Shown here one piece after another: positions 58,678-64,000 of a stretch of 64,000 nucleotides of DNA; position 1 is the stretch's first letter; each line of letters opens with the position of its first letter. The position numbers were made by a program, and so were the translations under genes. The DNA is from an uncultured Campylobacter sp. (lineage in GTDB: Bacteria > Campylobacterota > Campylobacteria > Campylobacterales > Campylobacteraceae): assembly GCF_938017775.1 (NCBI RefSeq), contig NZ_CALIIU010000022.1, positions 2,683 through 66,682 of the forward strand, written 5' to 3'. The notes beneath the pieces are model-generated. The model was not told the origin of the DNA. It was given only the letters and a program-made list of their open reading frames with translations, and searched no databases.

Positions 58678-59841
58678 GTGCAACATATCATTAAGAAAAT
58701 TTTATCAAGCGAAAGTAGCGCCGGCGTTATATTACTTCTATCCGCAGTTTTTGCGATCATAGCTCAAAATGTGGACTTTTTATCTAAATACTATGAGGCA
58801 TTTTTACATCTAAGCTTCACCATAGGTGTGGGTTCTGCGAAACTTGACGAATCGATGCATTTTTTAGTAAACGACGTGCTCATGGCGATATTTTTCTTTG
58901 CCATCGGACTTGAGCTCAAGCGCGAAAAGATCGAAGGACAGCTGCGCCATTTCTCTCAAATTTTACTTCCTAGCTTCGCGGCTTTAGGCGGAGTAATGAT
59001 GCCTGCGATCATATTTTCGATCATCAACTGGGGCGATGCCGTCGCGATGAAGGGCTGGGCGATCCCAACGGCGACCGATATAGCCTTTGCCGTGGGCGTG
59101 ATGGCACTTTTAGGCAAAAAAATCCCGGCTAGTCTTAAAATTTTCGTTTTGACACTTGCGATAATGGACGATCTGTGTGCAATTTTAATCATCGCTTTGT
59201 TTTATTCCTCTACCATAAACGCAATCTATCTAGGCGGCGCAGCTGCCTGTGTCGCAATAATGCTAGCGATGAGCAGACTTGGCGTTGATAAAAAGCTTCC
59301 GTTTATCATCGTAGCCGTCGTGCTGTGGGTGATGGTACTAAACTCCGGCATCCACGCGACCATCGCAGGAGTATTGGCGGGCTTTTGCATCCCGCTTAAG
59401 ACCCGCTCGGGCTCCATGCTAAAGGATATGGAGCACGGACTAGCCTACCCCGTAAATTTCTTCATCTTGCCGATCTTTGCCTTTACAAACGCAGGCGTTT
59501 CGCTAGCAGGCATTAGTCCTAGCTTCCTTTTCGGTCCGGTGCCGATGGGTATAATGCTCGGACTATTTTTCGGTAAACAGATCGGAATTTTTACCTTTAG
59601 CTGGATCTTAATCAAAGCCAAAATCGCCTACATGCCCGAAAATGCAGGCTGGCCACAGCTTTACGCCGTGGCAATTATCTGTGGTATCGGCTTTACGATG
59701 GCGCTTTTCGTCGATGGCCTCGCATATGGCGGCAGTGATATGTATCATTACACAGACAAGCTTGCAGTATTTTTAGGCTCGATAATTTCCGGAGTAGTAG
59801 GATTTTTCGTCGCAAAAGCAGTCGCGGTAAAACAAAGCTAA
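58678..59841 (+). CDS. nhaA: Na+/H+ antiporter NhaA
   Basis: NDVLMAIFFFAIGLELKRE, GWAIPTATDIAFA, LAIMDDL, SGIHATIAG, CGIGFTMALF. Confidence 0.96.
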   Translation: MQHIIKKILSSESSAGVILLLSAVFAIIAQNVDFLSKYYEAFLHLSFTIGVGSAKLDESMHFLVNDVLMAIFFFAIGLELKREKIEGQLRHFSQILLPSFAALGGVMMPAIIFSIINWGDAVAMKGWAIPTATDIAFAVGVMALLGKKIPASLKIFVLTLAIMDDLCAILIIALFYSSTINAIYLGGAAACVAIMLAMSRLGVDKKLPFIIVAVVLWVMVLNSGIHATIAGVLAGFCIPLKTRSGSMLKDMEHGLAYPVNFFILPIFAFTNAGVSLAGISPSFLFGPVPMGIMLGLFFGKQIGIFTFSWILIKAKIAYMPENAGWPQLYAVAIICGIGFTMALFVDGLAYGGSDMYHYTDKLAVFLGSIISGVVGFFVAKAVAVKQS

Positions 59842-59997
59842 ATTCCATAAAAAGATTAAAATTTTAAAATTTTACGAGCAACACAAAATTTCAAAATTCT
59901 ATCGCTCAAAAATTTAGAATTTTAAGAACGGCTCTAAAATTTTAAAATTTATACGCTACAAAATTTAGCTTAAAATTCTGTCTGATCCAAGCGCAGC

Positions 59998-60525
59998 TTA
60001 AATTACCAAAATCCCCGCATTTTGCATTAAGCTTAGCGCACATTCATCGTAGTAGCCGCGCTCATGATTCGGTGCGTCGTATGTAGCTACCGCACCTCGC
60101 GGAACGATGACGTCCTTATCGGCACCCATTTCGTTGAGATAGGTGCGCAGGCTAAGCGCAAACTGCATCACGCAGATGTCGGTGCAACAGCCCGTAATCA
60201 CGAAACGATCGAAGCCGTCCAGAATTTTCTTATCCAAATTATGAAAGCCGTTCGTGCTGCGCTTAAAAGTGACGTTTTGCTCGCTTACGTAGGGCGCGAG
60301 TTCCTCGATCACCTCCGCTTCGGGCGAGCCAACTAGGCAGTGAACCGGATAGCGCTTCATCTCCAAATCACGCTCGGCGTGAGCGTCGCAGATGAAATAC
60401 GCATTTTTCGCCGCCTCAATCTGCCTAATCACCGCAGGAGCGATCTTCGCTATGCTAGGATCGGCCATCGCGCCGAATTTTACAAAGCCATTTAGCATAT
60501 CGATCACAAATACCAAAGTTTTCAT
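59998..60525 (-). CDS. Isochorismatase/nicotinamidase-family cysteine hydrolase
   Basis: IDMLNGF, DAH, YPVHC, FKRS, GCCTDICV. Confidence 0.9.
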   Translation of the reverse strand: MKTLVFVIDMLNGFVKFGAMADPSIAKIAPAVIRQIEAAKNAYFICDAHAERDLEMKRYPVHCLVGSPEAEVIEELAPYVSEQNVTFKRSTNGFHNLDKKILDGFDRFVITGCCTDICVMQFALSLRTYLNEMGADKDVIVPRGAVATYDAPNHERGYYDECALSLMQNAGILVI

Positions 60526-61331
60526 CAAAACTCCTTATAAATTTCAGGTTTCATATCTTTTAAAAGATCCATTTTAGCGCGAAATTTTAAAATTTCATCT
60601 AAATTCGCCCGAGCAATCTTCACGGCCTCTTTTTTGCCTAGGCGCGCGACGATCTCGCCGTTTGGACCGATCAGCATGGAATTTCCGCCGAAACTCTCGC
60701 CCTGCCCCGTATCGCCACAGCCATTTACCGTGCAGATAAAAATTTGATTTTCGATCGCGCGGGCCTTAGCGAGCGTGATAAAATGCTCTATGCGGCTCTG
60801 CGCAAACTGTGCGATCACAAAAACTATCTGCGCGCCGCGAAGCGCTAAGGCGCGAAAAATTTCGCAAAAGCGCAGATCGTAGCAGACCGCGACGCCGATT
60901 TTGACCGCACGATTTTGAAATTTTATCTCGCAAATGCCTAACTTATCGCCACCGCTTACGATCTCGTTTTCGCGAGCGAGTGAGAAAGCGTGGATCTTGT
61001 CGTAGCGTAAAATTTCGGCTCCGTTTTGATAGACGAAAGCAGAATTATAAATTTTATCTTGCCTAGAATTTATCGCTCCACCTATTAAAACAGCGCCGCT
61101 TTTTTGCGAAATTTCGCTTAAAAATCCCTTCGTTCGCACGGCTCCCGCGTCGGCTAAGCGCTTAAAATTTTGCACGCAAAAGCCAATGTTAAAGGCTTCA
61201 GGCAGCACCGCTACGTCCGCGCCGCGCTTTAACGCGCGATCTATCAGCCCGCGCGCGCGGATAAAATTTTGCTCACAATCTGCAAAATTTTGAGCCATTT
61301 TCACGTCCATTTGCAAAATAGCGATTTTCAT
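60525..61331 (-). CDS. Carbon-nitrogen hydrolase (nitrilase family)
   Basis: LPE, YDKIH, VCYDLRF catalytic triad; ARAIENQ. Confidence 0.93.
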   Translation of the reverse strand: MKIAILQMDVKMAQNFADCEQNFIRARGLIDRALKRGADVAVLPEAFNIGFCVQNFKRLADAGAVRTKGFLSEISQKSGAVLIGGAINSRQDKIYNSAFVYQNGAEILRYDKIHAFSLARENEIVSGGDKLGICEIKFQNRAVKIGVAVCYDLRFCEIFRALALRGAQIVFVIAQFAQSRIEHFITLAKARAIENQIFICTVNGCGDTGQGESFGGNSMLIGPNGEIVARLGKKEAVKIARANLDEILKFRAKMDLLKDMKPEIYKEF

Positions 61332-61339
61332 AAAACCTC

Positions 61340-61819
61340 CTATTTAGGCGCTAAGCGCATAACATTTGCATGCGTAAGCGCGATAGCTATAGCATCAGTG
61401 ATATCAAGCGGCTTAATTTCCTTATTAATTCCCAAAATTCGCTTCACCATGAACGCAACCTGCTCCTTCGCCGCCTTCGCCTTTCCTGTGACCGATTTTT
61501 TTATCTGAAGCGGCGTGTATTCGGCGAAATTTCCAAAAATTTGTAAAATTTTAAGGGCCAGCGCGCCGCGAAACTGAGCGAGCTTTAAAACAGACTGCGG
61601 ATTGTAGGCGTAAAACATCGATTCTATCGCGACCTCATCGATCTTATGAGCTCTAAAAATTTGATCGATCGCCTCGCTCATCTGCGTCATTTGAAATTGC
61701 ACGTTTTCAGCCTTCATTTTCACTAATCCCGCCTCTATGAGGATGATTTTATTCACATCTTTTTCCAAAATCGCATAGCCTAAATTTCTAGTTCCTGGAT
61801 CAATTCCTAAAATTTTCAT
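61340..61819 (-). CDS. ruvC: Holliday junction resolvase RuvC
   Basis: [27 protein letters not shown]. Confidence 0.97.
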   Translation of the reverse strand: MKILGIDPGTRNLGYAILEKDVNKIILIEAGLVKMKAENVQFQMTQMSEAIDQIFRAHKIDEVAIESMFYAYNPQSVLKLAQFRGALALKILQIFGNFAEYTPLQIKKSVTGKAKAAKEQVAFMVKRILGINKEIKPLDITDAIAIALTHANVMRLAPK

Positions 61820-61929
61820 AACCCTCTTTCACGCTTATTCACGGCTTAATCACAAGTGAATAAACTTAAATTTACCGCAAATTTAGCGAAATTTAGCTAA
61901 AATCTTAATCTAATTTGTAAGGGAATTTT
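61820..61929. other. oriC1 (DnaA-box cluster upstream of dnaA)
   Basis: TCTTTCACG 61825, TTATTCACG 61835, TTAATCACA 61846, AGTGAATAA 61855; an extra TTATTCACA at 61749; epsilonproteobacterial TYATTCACN-type boxes. Confidence 0.8.
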
Positions 61930-63258
61930 ATGGCGACGTCGCAAGCACAAGAAATTTTATCGAATTTAGAGAAGGAAATTTTACCTACCGAATACTCTAG
62001 ATACATTAAAAATTTGAAATTTAACGATAAAAACTCGACACCAGGGTTTTTCATCTACAACACAACTAACGAGTTTATAGCCAAATATGCCCAGACAAAA
62101 TACGGTACTAAAATAAAAGAGCTTATCAAAAAACAGTTTGGGCTCAACGACGTGATCGTCAAAATCACCTCAAAGGCTAAAATTTCGCCGAAAGAAAAGG
62201 TAAAAATCATCTCCGAAAAGCCTAAGAGCACCATTTTAAGCGAAAATTACAACTTCGAAAATTTTATCATCGGCGATTCAAATAAATTTGCCTTCGAGTG
62301 TTCGGTATCCGTCGCAAAAGAGCCAGGAATTCGCTTTAATCCGCTCTTTATCTACGGACCTAGCGGACTTGGGAAAACCCATCTGCTTCAATCGATCGGA
62401 AATTACTGCATCAAAAAGGGTAAAACCGTCATTTGCGTCACCAGCGAACAGTTTGCTAATGATTTCGTCTTTAACCTTAAAAACAACTCGATCGATAAAT
62501 TTAAACAAAAATACCGTAACTGCGACGTTTTGCTCATCGACGACATTCAATTTTTGATCGGGCGCGACAAAGCTCAAGAGGAGCTTTTTTATACATTCAA
62601 CGAGCTAAAAGACAAAAACTGTCAAATCGTGCTAACCAACGACCTGCCGCCAAAATTTCTAAAAGGCTTTGAAAGTCGTCTTACAACACGATTTGAAAGC
62701 GGCATAATAGCAAACATTACCCCGCCGGATCTCGAAACTAAAATCGCCATTATCAATAAAAAGAGCGAGGAAAATCGCGTTAGAATTCCACACGACGTTG
62801 TAGAATATATCGCCGCAAATATGGGCGATAATATCCGCGAGATCGAAGGCGCAATAAACAAATTAAACGCCTATTCCTCGATACTTCGCACGAAGATCAC
62901 GCTAGAATTTACCAAAAGTACACTGCAAGATCAAATTCACCAAAAATATTCAAGCGTGAGCCTCGAACACGTCATAGAGGTGATCTCAAAAGAACTGAAC
63001 GTAAAACCTAGCGAGCTAAAGAGCAAAACGCGAGCTAAAAACGTTGTCGAAGCGCGCCAAATTTGCATATATCTAACCAAACAGCTAACTCAAAACTCAA
63101 TGCCTAAAATCGCCGCATTTTTTAATCTAAAAGATCACAGCGCCATCAGCAAAAATATCAAAAAAATCAACGAACTCATTCAAACCGACGAGATATTAAA
63201 GATAAAAATTGAAGAGCTAAAAAACAAAATAACCAAAAAGGATAAGAATGAAATTTAG
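61930..63258 (+). CDS. dnaA: Chromosomal replication initiator DnaA
   Basis: FNPLFIYGPSGLGKTHLL, LLIDDIQF, NIREIEGA, KDHSAI. Confidence 0.98.
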   Translation: MATSQAQEILSNLEKEILPTEYSRYIKNLKFNDKNSTPGFFIYNTTNEFIAKYAQTKYGTKIKELIKKQFGLNDVIVKITSKAKISPKEKVKIISEKPKSTILSENYNFENFIIGDSNKFAFECSVSVAKEPGIRFNPLFIYGPSGLGKTHLLQSIGNYCIKKGKTVICVTSEQFANDFVFNLKNNSIDKFKQKYRNCDVLLIDDIQFLIGRDKAQEELFYTFNELKDKNCQIVLTNDLPPKFLKGFESRLTTRFESGIIANITPPDLETKIAIINKKSEENRVRIPHDVVEYIAANMGDNIREIEGAINKLNAYSSILRTKITLEFTKSTLQDQIHQKYSSVSLEHVIEVISKELNVKPSELKSKTRAKNVVEARQICIYLTKQLTQNSMPKIAAFFNLKDHSAISKNIKKINELIQTDEILKIKIEELKNKITKKDKNEI

Positions 63259-63414
63259 ACTTTATGAAAATAAAGCAAAAAAGGTGAATGAAAGTGAATA
63301 AAACAAAGCTACTTACTCACTGGATAAACTACCTAAAGACAAGCTTTAGGATAAGTTTTTCACAAAAACCTCTTACCAACTACTACAACGATAAAAATTT
63401 AAAAGGATAAAAAT
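63259..63414. other. oriC2 (DnaA boxes and trio-like run between dnaA and dnaN)
   Basis: GGTGAATGA 63283, AGTGAATAA 63293, TTACTCACT 63313, TTTTTCACA 63356, then TAC CAA CTA CTA CAA and an AT-rich stretch. Confidence 0.8.
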
Positions 63415-64000
63415 ATGAAAGTGTTAATCACTAAAAAACTTTTAGAAGAGATAGTTTCCAATACGAGTTCCTATCTTGACAAAAAAGATCTAAGCTCGAT
63501 AACATCACATCTTTTAATGAGTGCAAAAGATGGAATTTTTAGTATAAAAGCTACCGATCATGAAATCGGTTTGAGCTACAATCTACAAAATATATCAATA
63601 GAAACAGAGGGAGAAGCTACAGCAAATGGAGGCAAGCTCCTTAGCGTCATTAAAGGCCTAAGCGAAGATGGCGTTACTTTAGAAACTGTCAACGGAACGC
63701 TATTTGTAAAGCAAAAAAAATCCAAGTACAAGCTTCCGATGTTTGAGACTAATGATTTTCCAAATTTTCCTACAATAGATGGTAAAAACAGCTTTGACGT
63801 AAACGCTGGAATTTTAGGTAGAAGCCTTAAAAAGATCTATCCGTCGATCGATACGAACAATCCAAAATATGAGCTAAACGGAGCTTTAATCGACGTAAAA
63901 GAGGGCTTTATAAATTTAGTCGGAACCGATACGAAGCGACTTAGCGTTTATAAACTAATCACTCAATCAAAAGCAAGCGAGCTAGATACTAAAATTTTAA
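63415..64000 (+). CDS. dnaN: DNA polymerase III beta clamp (runs off window)
   Basis: MKVLITKKLLEEIVSNTSSYLDKKDLSSITSH...KATDHEIGL...LVGTDTKRL; directly downstream of dnaA. Confidence 0.96.
   Translation, partial: MKVLITKKLLEEIVSNTSSYLDKKDLSSITSHLLMSAKDGIFSIKATDHEIGLSYNLQNISIETEGEATANGGKLLSVIKGLSEDGVTLETVNGTLFVKQKKSKYKLPMFETNDFPNFPTIDGKNSFDVNAGILGRSLKKIYPSIDTNNPKYELNGALIDVKEGFINLVGTDTKRLSVYKLITQSKASELDTKIL

Overview
Chromosomal window from a Campylobacter-type epsilonproteobacterium. The mixed GC-rich/AAATTT-rich sequence and gene content suggest an oral species such as C. gracilis (inference). The right end holds the replication-origin region: ruvC - oriC1 - dnaA - oriC2 - dnaN (partial). 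Core genes include an NFACT/RqcH-like gene, cdsA, dxr, tRNA-Val(GAC), mntP, znuBC, prfA, rpsT, glmM, lspA, hemJ, nhaA and ruvC. Accessory content: (1) two AT-rich small-gene islands, one after tRNA-Val and one at about 43.9-46.0 kb, which share a 137-bp inverted homologous segment and carry immunity-like and membrane zinc-ribbon cassettes in various states of decay; (2) a degenerate di-heme cytochrome c peroxidase overlapping a membrane PAS/degenerate-GGDEF/EAL gene; (3) a lone AT-rich gene with UDG-fold-like motifs; (4) four tandem orphan amino-acid-binding proteins with a G9 tract at one ribosome-binding site; (5) two TonB-dependent receptors with a shared upstream motif; (6) several frameshifted genes. 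Intergenic DNA is very dense in RAATTY hexamers, the methylated transformation motif of C. jejuni, and similar DNA occurs in frame inside three proteins. No CRISPR array, rRNA, integrase or transposase was seen.
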